From assembly GCF_006345805.1 (NCBI RefSeq), contig NC_043013.1, positions 30,752,001 through 30,816,000 of the forward strand: a stretch of 64,000 nt of DNA. Reading direction: 5' to 3'. The position numbers were made by a program, and so were the translations under genes. This document shows, in pieces, positions 52,239-64,000 of the stretch. The stretch comes from Octopus sinensis (lineage: Eukaryota). Position 1 is the stretch's first letter. Each line of letters opens with the position of its first letter. The notes beneath the pieces were generated by a model. That model saw only the letters and a program-made list of their open reading frames with translations, was not told the origin of the DNA and ran no database searches.

Positions 52239-55200
52239 TTTTGACGGCTCTCCGAATTGATAGACAAGCGCTAATAATAATTCATAATAATAATAGTTAA
52301 TAATTCATACTAAGTCCTTTTTCTTAATATATAAATACTGTACACCTCTTCTAATAATATGTGTGTCGATGTGGGTGTGTATCTGTGTGTAAGTATATGT
52401 TCATATATTTGCGTCTAAATCTTTAGCCTACGAATACCAATCTCCTCTGTCTTATCTGAGATTAAACTCAAGCCTAAGGAGTTAATACATGTCTCTTGCA
52501 CAATGTGTAGTTTGATTGATCATGGATTCTGCTTCTTGCTAGCGGTATTCCTTTGCAAATGTTTTGTATCTTTAGAAAAGTAGATATGTAAATAATACCT
52601 AAAACTGTTATTGTATATAAAATTTTGTCACGGAGCAGTCAACTAACATTTCGGTTGAACTGGAAAACAAATTAAGAAGTAAACAATTCTATTTGCCTAA
52701 TGGAATTATTTTGCGTATTTTAATACATCGTTTTATTCCTCGTGCATTTACCATTAAGTATATACATTGCTGGCAAACATTCAAAATTGATGTAGTGAAT
52801 GAAAACTAAATCTTTTCAAATTAGATTTTGTGAGATTAATTGTAAAAATATTAAATGAAATAATTTCTCTAATTTTTTTCACTAATTTTATTCGCATTTC
52901 AAATATTCATATCATGTTCATACTTAGTGCTTTCCATATTCCTCATGTTTTTCTCTATTTTCAGTGTTTTCCGTATGTTCACCACCGTAATTGGTTCTTA
53001 TTTTCCTGCAAAGGATTCTAATTTAAATCAAGGTTACTTAATTCAAAATGTTCGTGACAGTATCAGAAAGCTTAAAACGTCACATTCTCCCTATTTAACA
53101 TACGGGATCATTGTCAAAATATAAAGAAAATTTTCACATTGAACTCCTCTGTCACAGCGTAGGATAAGGTATTCATCTTATTGAATCTTGAATTCTGTTC
53201 TCTTCTTTTCAGAACATTTTTCTCAAGGCCGATGCTTTAAAATAATCGAGAAAATAAATCAAAATTTATATTTTTATACTTTATAAATTCCTCTTACATT
53301 TTCATACATCATTGTTCTTTTTTTTTCAACTAATTTTCGGATCAAACAATAACATATTTCATAATTTTTCAAAGTGTGCCATACGTTCAATACGTTCATA
53401 TCTTTTGATAAATAGGCGAATGCACTAGTTACGCATATGCATATATTTCTAAATACAATACGGTTATGAAATAACCTGAGAGATTTACTCGTTTAAGAAA
53501 TTCCTTTACGGTTTTTCAGAATGTTTTCTCCAGGTTTTCATGAACGATCGAAATACATACCTATTATAAATCCAATCAAAAGTAGCTCAGAAAAGCCCAC
53601 TCTTTCGTAGAGTAATTAGTCATCTATCATTAAACAAATATTTGCTCCCCTTCTATAATTATATTTTAAATTTTCTTTTCTCTTCAACAGCGTTATTGTG
53701 ATGGCAAGTATTCTTGGAACATAATTAGGAGTCTTACAGACGCAGAAATAAAGTACATCTTACTATATAATTTATTTCTTACATTTGAAACAATTAATAG
53801 CATGGCTAAGATACATTTGATGACTTAGAAATATTAGTATTATAATTCAGAACATCTTTTCTCTATCATTAACAATAGCCATCAATATGTTTAAAATATC
53901 ATAGGCATATATTTCGATATTTTGTTTAATTGCCGTAAATAACCAGGTGTTTCGAATATATTGTCTGGCCTGATAAATAGGAGCGTTAGACTGTCAGGCT
54001 CTCATTTTTCTTTCAGTTATAAGGTTGGTGCAGTCAAAAGAGATTCATTGAAAACAGTACAAAACATATCTACTAAGATGATTATTAAGATAATTATAGT
54101 CGTCATGGTCATCATCATCATCAACAAAAACAACAACATGGCCATCATCACCTAAAGCGGCATTGGAAAAAACATAATTATTATTCGACGTCGTAAATAT
54201 TTAAATTTGCGAATCATATTTTCGACTCAGAAATTCATCCGGTCTGGCTCAACAAATAAGCACCATAATTTTCCTGTGCGAATCAAATATATTATCAGTG
54301 GAAATATGTTATCATAGTAGATACTTATTAATGAAATTAGCTACTTGAATTGATGTACTTTTTCTTTGACGGCCTTTATATTTATCTTTATTAAAGTTAT
54401 GGTGTTTTTACCATGACATTACATAAACATTTTCAATTTTAAGTATACCTGAATATCTGGAGATATGAGAGTATCAATGAGTATGTACTTCAGACCATAC
54501 TGCATTCTCGTGAATTACCACTCAGATCAAACTGCTCAGTAATTTTCAGTGCTTTGTAGGATTTGAATCGGCAGTAAGATTTGAGATCTACGTAATACAT
54601 ATGTGTCCGAGAGTACTCTGATAGATTTACGCACGTCTTATATCTAAACACTTCTGTTACATATTTACAAACAACCACGTGTTTTTTCTTCGGAATGATA
54701 TTACAGTTCGTTATAATCTTTTAAATTCGACAAAGGCGTATCCGTTTACAGGCGAAATAATGTACGATAGCATTTAATAGTGCAATCATAAAGTCCCTGG
54801 ATTGACATATTACCTTGGCTGAGATTAGTCAAGGAAACCATTGTAAATCTCATTTCAAGCTGACTTCATTTACCATGCCATGATGCATTAGAGCAATACT
54901 TTCTCTCTTAATAATTAGCTTAAATATACTTGATGGAACCTCGTTCTCAGTTGTAGAAAGCAATACTTCTAAAATCCATTAATTACTAAGAATGTAATAC
55001 ACCAGAATAGACTCAATGGGGCAACAATTGGGGAGTTTTCCTTGCTGGAAATTATTGGCATTATCATTAATAACAAAGTTACAGTTCATTAAGAGGCGAA
55101 CATCGAATGATAAATTACTGACTACACATTTGCATTTACATATAAATTATGCACTTAAGATATACACGAATGTGTATAGATATTCAGGTGCAGGCATAGA

Positions 55201-56400
55201 TATAGCATTAGAAAGTTTGTGTAATCTCCCGGCACAGGGTTCGAACACAGGGCAACGTGTATTTAGTTCGCAGCTTTGTAGATTTTGAGCCATATTAACA
55301 GGAGAGAATGAGTTGCACAATGTATTGCATTATACTAATATTCTTTCATTTTTCGCTTAATCGATTTGACGACGTACTATCTGCTTTAATACTTGCGAAA
55401 CCGTCATTTGCCAGTGTTACTGAAATAGCACAGATGCAATATAATTATATTACATTATCTTGCATTATAGACAGGCGGATAGATAGACAGATAGAGATAG
55501 AGAGAGAGAGAGAGAGGATGGGCAGACATGGTATATACATGTATATAGATACATACATATATTAATGAATATGTATATAAGTATAGAAATATGTGCGTAT
55601 ATCTTTCTATCTGTAAACATTAAAAGGGTGTATGAAGCGGTATCATTATACAAAAATAGGAAAAATAAAATCCATTGGATTTGTAGCAAGTCATTAACTA
55701 CAATAATGAAAAGCTTATACCCCTTGGGGACGGCGTCTCAGCATGGCTGCAGTCCAATTAACGTGACAAGTGAAAGAGTCATATTAGTTTCGTTTCAAAA
55801 AGGAAAACAATAATTCTTACTACACCACTTAACTCTTACAGAGACTAATTTTAGCCAATGAATGTAGGACTCAATTGGCAACAGATGTAAAGATATAGAA
55901 CTAAACGACAGTCCAATATTAAGCAATTTTCATTGCTACTTTCTTTGATATAGACATTTGCCCATAAATAAGAGAACATAATTTAGGTATGATTTGATGT
56001 GTATAAATGTCTGAAGAGCGGTGTCGTTCAGTGTATGCTTTATTCTCCAACATTAGAATAAAACATAAATGTGTTATTCATCACCTGTAAACACGAGGCC
56101 TTCATGTTGTTCATAAGTAAACGGCTTATAGCGTATTATTCACAATTCATTAATAATGAATCTTAATATAGCCATCTCTCTTTGAGTATAATAGATGCTA
56201 TCGACCGGTTATAAATATATATATATATATACAAGACGGACGAACTATCGGCACAAATACTAGAGTGTCATATATATTCTTCTGTAACAAGAATTATACT
56301 TTGGGTAAAGTTGATTGGTCGGAGGTAAAGTGGTCCATATTGTATTAGCATTAATGCTATCTGACGCTCCTACACCATGTGACAATTCAATCTCTTCCAG

Positions 56401-56453
56401 AATATGTGATTCAATCCTTTGTCAGAAAAAATAATAATTTTCGATTCAGCAAG
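56401..56453 (+). CDS. Candidate internal exon (E)YVIQSFVRKNNNFRFSK
   Basis: Consensus acceptor TTCAATCTCTTCCAG and donor AAG|GTGAGT, 53 nt, single open frame, phase 1 to 0. Confidence 0.55.
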
Positions 56454-58124
56454 GTGAGTCGCCAAGTTGATTTTTTAATAATGGCAAGACGTATAGAGAG
56501 GGGAACTGTAATATTTTTTGTTGGGGTACACACACACATACACACACACGCGAGTGCGCATATAAGCATATATGTATATATGTATACTTGCAAGTATGTA
56601 TCTTTATAAATCCGTTAACTGAAAGCTGATTTAGAGTGAAGAAATTTGTACATTGCCAACCACTATTAAAATCTGTTAACTACAACCTTTCTTTTATACG
56701 TATACGCACACACACACACACACAGACACACATACCACTATTAAAACCTGTTAACTTCCACGTTTATAGAATTATCGAACGGTAAAAATGAATATTTTCA
56801 TTCAGAATTTTTACATATTTCTCCCAAGACAGAAATATATCAAAATACTATAGGAAGTTAAGAGAAGCACTAAAAAGCCAAAAGAACGCAAACTTGTGCA
56901 TTCCATAAAAAAACATGAGAGACGTCCACTCACACTTGATAAAAGTTTGCATCATTATGATCGCATACAACCTTTCATAGTGGCCAGACTACATATCACG
57001 GACGTTTTAGTTACTTTTCGGTATTATACCTTATTAATATACTGGATATCTAACTAAATATTTTCTTCAATAGGCTCATATTTTCTCATTCGATTTGATC
57101 TGTCACTCATCACAGTTTACAGAATCAAAAGTTATCACTTCTTTTGAATAAATACTCGCATTTTTTTTTGGGAATGTTAATGCTTTAAAATAAATAAATA
57201 TGTTATCACAAGTAAATATTTGCTGCTTCAGGAAAAACCCAATTGTGAAATGCTGCAAAATGTATATTATTATTATTATTATTATTATTATATTATTATT
57301 ATTATCAATAATAATAATAATATAATAATAATAATAATAATAATATTAATAATTGTATTATAGAAGCTGCTGTTAACGTTGATTCTCCATTGTTCTCATT
57401 TTGAACGTAGTTACACTTAAACGCACAGATATTAAATATTATTTTGTGGTAGCACATTGGTGCTTTATTTTATTGGCATGTAAAGAAATGTATTAAATTT
57501 CTATTTTTCTTGACTGTTTTTAATTGCGTGGTGAGATGTAAGTCTAGAGTTTTGTATTGACTTTCGCATTTCAAATAGTGTTTGCTTCAACACGAAAGAT
57601 TGCTTTCACTGCCTTTAGCGTTCGACCAAACTGTCAGGCAATTATAGAAACGATTGAATCCCTCCTACCGTAAAACAAAAGAATCATAACTTTGTAAGAA
57701 ATTATTAATGTTGTGCACCAGTTACTTTAGAAGCAACCCCGAAACCATTTAGAGAATTACGCTTCATGAAGTTAATCCGTGGATGGTGAAAGTTCTTATA
57801 ACATTTTCAACTTCAATAGATTTACTGCATTGATGCTGAAAATGCGGCCTTTTCCTTCGCAGGAAAATTATGGCAAAATAATCCATGAAACAGAATGTAT
57901 TCTATCAAATTCAACCATGGATAATGTTGTAGTGTGTAGCAAGATATAGATATAGGTCTAGCATCTGTAACAACTTAATCATCGTAGAATATTCCTGGTA
58001 TTTAATACATCGTCCTGGTTCTTCACACAAAACTATTATGTCCGAATAATAACAGATAAAACTACTTTGTGTAAGGTTTATATTTTCATGAATTTTCGTT
58101 TGCACTGTTCTGAAATCAATGCAG

Positions 58125-58300
58125 CATTTATATTATTGATAATCCGCTGTACTCTACTATGGGAAATAACTTCAGACCACTAGGAAATACTGAAAGCATC
58201 GACGAACATGAACAGTTCGTCAGTATATACAATATCTTCGAATCCAAATGGGAGCCATCACGTAGTCCTTACTTCTTCAGTTCTGATGTCATCTACAGCT
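58125..58300 (+). CDS. Candidate internal exon IYIIDNPLYSTMGNNFRPLGNTESIDEHEQFVSIYNIFESKWEPSRSPYFFSSDVIYS
   Basis: Acceptor CAATGCAG after a T-rich tract, donor T|GTAAGT, 176 nt open, phase 2 to 1, protein-like composition. Confidence 0.5.
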
Positions 58301-59533
58301 GTAAGTATTCTTTTGCTGCTCATAAACATACCACTTATACCCCAAGCTTTATTCAGGGTTTAATCAATACTGGAATATTTTAATAAACAGGAAAATTGTA
58401 AACAAGTATTTCATTATAAGATGGTCTATTTTCTGATACGCTTCATATTTCCAATCGTGTGTCCTAATATAAACAGGTGCTGAATATTTTATACAATTGT
58501 ATTTTGCCTGTATATAAAACAAGAACATACCATTCCAATAAATTCATCAATCAATAATTGTTTTAACAAATCGAGCATCTGCTTACTCGCACCTGACCTG
58601 GCATTAATCATGTAGATAGAAACGTCTTTCTTCTGTGTGCATCTAAATTGTTAACATTACATTTATACATAAGACATCTTTAAGTAATGCCGATAATTTC
58701 GGAAAACTAAGCGATGCATCATTTTAAACAGAGGGCGGAAACATATGAGCGGTAGATTCTTCCTTTTCGGAAATCTTGTATAGATTAGCAATGAATACAT
58801 GGTTGAAGTAATACTAAACTCCTGCATCTCAATTATACGTAATGTGATATCATTATTTCATTGAAATAGTTTGTGTAATGAGTATGCTTATCTATCATTA
58901 AATGAAGTGCAATTATATAGTTAAAATATTTTCAGAAATATGCAACAATATAAAAATATGTATAAATGCTCATGAGCAGAGATTATTGGTCACGTAAAGC
59001 TCTTCTTATGAAGCTCTTTAATGAATATTTTCAATTTCAAATACCACATTCGAAATCACTGAAGCCACAATTTGAATGCAGCCAAATTAATCCCGAAACT
59101 TGTTCTCATGTATCTTTTTGGTGCTGAATGAAAGTGTTCAGTTGAATAGACGAAGAAAGAAAGAAAATAAATTCTTAAACGAATTTATTAAAATATGTAA
59201 TGGAAATTACACATCGTTATTCTAGAAAAACGAAAATGGCATCATGAAACAAGTATAATGTGTGTTAAAAATATTGTGCACGAGAAAGTGTAAGATGAGA
59301 AAGAATAATTATCTCAATAAATGGCCTGAAAATGAAACACAAAACAATATCATATCTCGTATTAAATTCTACTCATAAAAACAAAAGTAATCAAGTAAAA
59401 AACGAAAAGAACCACGCAGTACTCACGTAACGATAAGAAAGATAAGAGTAAGGTTCAGGCTCATATTAAAGCCAATAATGTACTTCAGCACAAATGAATC
59501 AAATCTATATCATTATTATAAAACCGTATAAAT

Positions 59534-60150
59534 GCGGCGAGCTGGCGGAATCGCTACCACACCGGGCGAAATGCTTAGCGTATTTTTTCTGCCGTTACAT
59601 TCTGAGTTCAAATTCCGCCGAGGTCTACTATGCCTTTCATCCTTTCGGGGTCGATAAATTAAGTTACGCACTGGGGTCAATGTAATCGACTTAAACCCTG
59701 TGTCAGTCCATGTTTGCCTCTTCTGTGTTTAACCCCTTGTGGGCAATAAAGAAATAAGCACGCCGGGCGGTATTTGGTCTGTATTTAATGGTATTTTGTC
59801 CGTCTTCACGTTATAAATTCAAATGCTGTCGGGGTCGACTTCACCTGTCATCCTTTCGGGGTCGATGTAATCGACTTAATCCCTTCCCCCGAACTTGAGG
59901 CCTTCGAATTCCAGTAGAAAGGATTATAAAACCATATAAGGTGGCGAGACGGCTGAGTCGTTAGAACACCAGGGGAAATGCTTAGCTGTATTTCGCTCAT
60001 TGCTACCCTCTGAGTTCAAATCCTGCAGAGATTGACTTTGCCTTTCATCCTTTCGGGTTCGAAAAATTAAGTACCAGTTGAACACTGGAGTCGATGTAAT
60101 CAGCTTATCCCCATCTTTCCCAAGCTGCTCTTGTGGCAAAAATTTGAAAT
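59534..60150 (+). mobile_element. SINE family A, three tandem units
   Basis: CATCCTTTCGGGGTCGAT core at ~59640, ~59850 and ~60045; AAACCGTATA/AAACCATATA recurs before and between units. Confidence 0.87.
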
Positions 60151-62335
60151 AATTATTATAAAACCGTATATTTTATCAAAATTCATTTAGGATTCTTTGA
60201 AACTATTGCTTAAACAAAATGTTTAATAAGTTGCTAAATCTTTATTTTAATATAATGGACTATTATAAAGTAGATGAGAAAGGAACGAAAAGGAATATCA
60301 AAGGAATTTGAAGGACTATTAATTACCATGTTGTGTTTGCAAATTACTACTAGATTCGCTAGTTGGGGACTGAACATTATATTAGATGCATTTATAAATT
60401 ACAACGAAATAGCTCAACAATTTAGAAAAACAAAATTACAATATTACACCAAAGGAAGGAAAAGAGTCTGAGAAGAATGATGTATAAATATCTTCCATTT
60501 TAATTCTCAGTAAAATAGATGAACGTCATTGATGAAAGGACTGAAGATCAAAGAAAATTGGCAGATATTTTAAAATGCGAATAAATGTGGGAAGAAGACA
60601 CTAGACAAGTGTTTGCTATAAAGAAAAGTACACATAAAAATATACAAAGGATTTGCTATATAAATGTGCGCATCGCAAAACTTCTTTTAATTTATACTCT
60701 CTTATGAACACCACCTAATATATTGGAAAACAGTACGAAATTATACAAAGTAATAAGATATATTATACGGTATGATGCTCCGTGACATAAATTATTACTA
60801 TTTTATAAGAAATGTATTAACTGATTAATCTTGTTACTTATATACACAATACTATTTGCTGGTGTTGATTTATAGTCACGATATAAACAGAACAAAAGCA
60901 CGCAGATGGTTTTCTCAAAAAACATATGAACCCTTAAAACATTTTTTTCGTTAGTAACGTCAATACTTGATTGTTATAAAGAGACGGCTAATTTAGTTGT
61001 ATATAGATTATCATATTTATAATAAAGAATACTTTCATTACAGCAATTTTTTTATCTAAGAGGTATCACTTGATAAGTTTGTTATGTTCATGATATTCCA
61101 GTTGGTTGGGTTCGTATTAAACGTGAAGGAGCAACAGTGTGACAGTCCAATATTTTGTAAGATTCGGTAATCTAGAAGCTCATCATGATATATCTCATCA
61201 CCGTATCAAGGTGTAATTTGAGAGGAATGTTTTACGTGGTTTGAAATGGTAATGTTACCATTGTGGACTAACTTGTCTTATGTTCTCTCATGCTATGTTA
61301 CATTCTCTAACCTTGGTAAATATAATGCAGACTCCATTAATGATATTTGAACCCTATCATGAAGGCATTATAACGGATATTATAATCGTATTTATTTGCT
61401 GGTGATTAACAATGCATGAAAGAAATGACAAAAAGAACATACAATATCTAAAATAAACGTCTTGCAAAATAAAAGATAGAATACGAGACATAAGCAACAT
61501 TTTCAACACAATGGAAAAAGGAGTACAAGAATGATATTCTGATCTGGCAGATTTATGCAATGATATCCCAATAACGTAAGTTCAATTAAGGAAATATTTG
61601 ACATATAGGTTGGCTGAGGGCTAAGTATTAGAAGACAGAATCGAGTCGAGTAAATTGCTTATGACTAAATAGTATATCTTATCAGTTTCGGAAGAAGGTG
61701 AAACCAAGTTGGCATTGGCGTGATTCAAGATCAAGACATAAAGGAATAGAATATTTATAATTCCGAAAGCTATTAGAAAACATCTATTTTCAGCAATCTC
61801 CATTGAAGATGAGATCAAGTCTGCTATGAGTCAATTTGCATCCAAATACACGAAACTGATTGATTTTTTTCTGTTCTAGAGGTCAATAAATACTAAATAA
61901 CCTGAAAAGACATTTTTATCATTCTCATACACATCTTGCATTCGATTAATATTTTACAAATCATTCCTGAATCTAGAGATAACATTACGGATGGCAGTCC
62001 ATCTACTCAGCTTGTTAACAAATTTATATTTTATTGCAAAGAGATATCATAAATAGATTAATAAGGATATGCCAGTGTTATCTAATCAACATTTATTAGT
62101 TACTAGAATTTTGAAGAAATATATTATTATTAGTGCTTATACCCAAATGAGAGATTTATTCATAGCGTTTGTTTATTCCAGAATATCAAATAGACATACG
62201 TTATGAAGAATAAAATGAAATGATGATCACCATCATTCGATGCGCAATCTCAGATTCAGTATGGCGGCAACTGAACTGGGTGAAGATGTTGGCACATTGG
62301 ATAAATTCAATTTGCAACATTTGCTGTCGTTCCAA

Positions 62336-62545
62336 GGCGTCGAGCTGGCAGAAACGTTAGCACGCCGGGTGAAATGTTTAGCGGTATTTCGTCTGCCGTT
62401 ACGTTACGAGTTCAAATTACGCCGAGGTCGACTTTGTCTGTCATCCTTTCGGGATTGATTAAATCAATACCAGTTACGCACTGGGGTCGATATAATTGAC
62501 TGGCCCCCTCCCCCAAAATGTCGGGCCTTGTGCATAAATTAGAAA
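62336..62545 (+). mobile_element. SINE family A
   Basis: GAGCTGGCAGAAACGTTAGCACGCCGGG...GAGGTCGACTTTG. Confidence 0.87.
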
Positions 62546-62690
62546 AGATAATTTATTGTAGTTCTCTTCTGTTTTGTACTGAAGTCTAGTGAACGCTAAC
62601 TTTTACACTGATCGTTTCGAGGTCAACACATTAAGTACAATCAAGTAGTCGACTCGCTTTCTCGTCCCCTTCTTCCTTTCATTGCCATAC

Positions 62691-62808
62691 TCTCTCTCTC
62701 TCTCTCTCCAGTCTCTCTCATTCACTCTCTCTCTCATTCGCTCTCTCTCTCATTCGCTCTCTCTCTCATTCGCTCTCTCTCTCTCATTCGCTCTCTCTCT
62801 CTCTCTCG
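62691..62808. repeat. (CT)n-based minisatellite, unit ~CTCTCTCTCTCATTCG
   Basis: CATTCG spacer repeated four times within a CT tract. Confidence 0.9.
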
Positions 62809-64000
62809 CCTACAAAACGCTACCTAAATATGCCAATTAATGCCCACTTATATCGTGGAGCTAGCAAAATTTTCAGCTAAAATTTGAAGGGGAAAAACAT
62901 ATATTTAGCGATATCAGTCATTCTGTGTGCATCCATGATATTTTTAACAAAGCGAGTGCACAATGTTCGACATGCTTTTCACATGCAAGATATCTTAATA
63001 ACGGTTTGTTTCTAAGACATAAAAATGAGAAAACAGATACATTGTGTCAAGATGGGATTGTACTGATTCAGGCTTGCAACTCATTAGTGATGTTCATCCA
63101 CCGAAAAGAGACGTTATTAACGTAATCCACTAACAAACCAAAAATCGAAAAACCCTGCATTCATTTATCTATCTATTTATCCATCAATCACTCGTACTTA
63201 AATTCATAGAAATATCGGACAGTTGATACATATTGTATTGGAGTAACTGTACTTTCTCTAACTTATATGAGAATATTCACCAGTAAAATAAGACGATGTA
63301 TTCAATTATGCCTTTAAAATACAAACCTCCCTTTCCTTAATACAATATAATACAATCAGCAAGAAACAGATTATTTATATTTACCACCTACTATCATTGC
63401 AGCGAATGCAGTCGCATGCATTATGACTTGGGTTCACGCTGATGGTTACAATGTTAAGTATTGATTATTTGTCAACAACATGAAGGGAAAAAACTAACAT
63501 TTAAAAGATTTATATATTTAAAAAGGATCGATATACATTCATTTTCAAATTACTACTTTTTCTTTCTTTTCACTCACATTTGGAACGAAAATGAGATAGA
63601 ATTGAATTATTCATACATATACATTTTGATGCATTGTATGTGTTCAACAGTTTAGACTTAATTATGAATGCTTCTGGGGGTTTTTTTTTGGGGGGGGGGA
63701 TTTATATTATATGTAGAAATTGTTCTATCAAAATACTTTTGATATATCTGCAAATTCAGCTTCGGGGCCTAGTTCCCTATTTTGGAATGATTGAATCTTT
63801 ATAAATTTATACAATTCCTTATTTACCGTAACAGAAAATTTATCTAAAATCGATGTTCCATACGCTGTTATATATGCTACAGCACCTGCTAATCCAAGAC
63901 CAAGCGTACAAAACCAATCGTATTTAAATAAATGTATTTGATATTTCTTTGAGATTTATATTTATTTTAACATTTACTGATGTTTCTATTTTGGATAGAC

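Noticed and set aside
60538-60570. CTGAAGA...GAAA (also 55990) as further hammerheads
   Set aside because: No stem I or II pairing and no correctly placed UH site.

Overview
This window is very AT-rich, microsatellite-dense animal genomic DNA. The SINE/LINE repertoire and (AT)n load look like a coleoid cephalopod (Octopus-like); that is inference, not proven. Most ORF-track entries are artefacts of (AT)n/(AC)n/(AAT)n tracts. Recognisable content is mostly decayed mobile DNA: a Gypsy pol remnant (~0.1-1.8 kb), an RTE LINE 3' end, a DD37D/maT transposon, two Penelope-like (GIY-YIG/RT) fragments, two CR1-like LINE ends, an R4/Dong element sitting between (AAT)n tracts, a mariner fragment and many copies of three tRNA-SINE families. 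No host gene could be named. Several splice-site-bounded candidate exons suggest a minus-strand gene (2.9-8.3 kb, 36.2-36.5 kb, possibly starting at 52.2 kb) and a plus-strand gene (56.4 and 58.1 kb). The most interesting signals are (i) type-I hammerhead-ribozyme folds inside small foldback elements, one of which is a TSD-flanked ~477-bp insertion with a hammerhead core on each strand, and (ii) a GC-richer island at 27.7-28.6 kb with an unidentified 160-aa ORF (possible PD-(D/E)XK-like nuclease) and a rearranged duplication junction.
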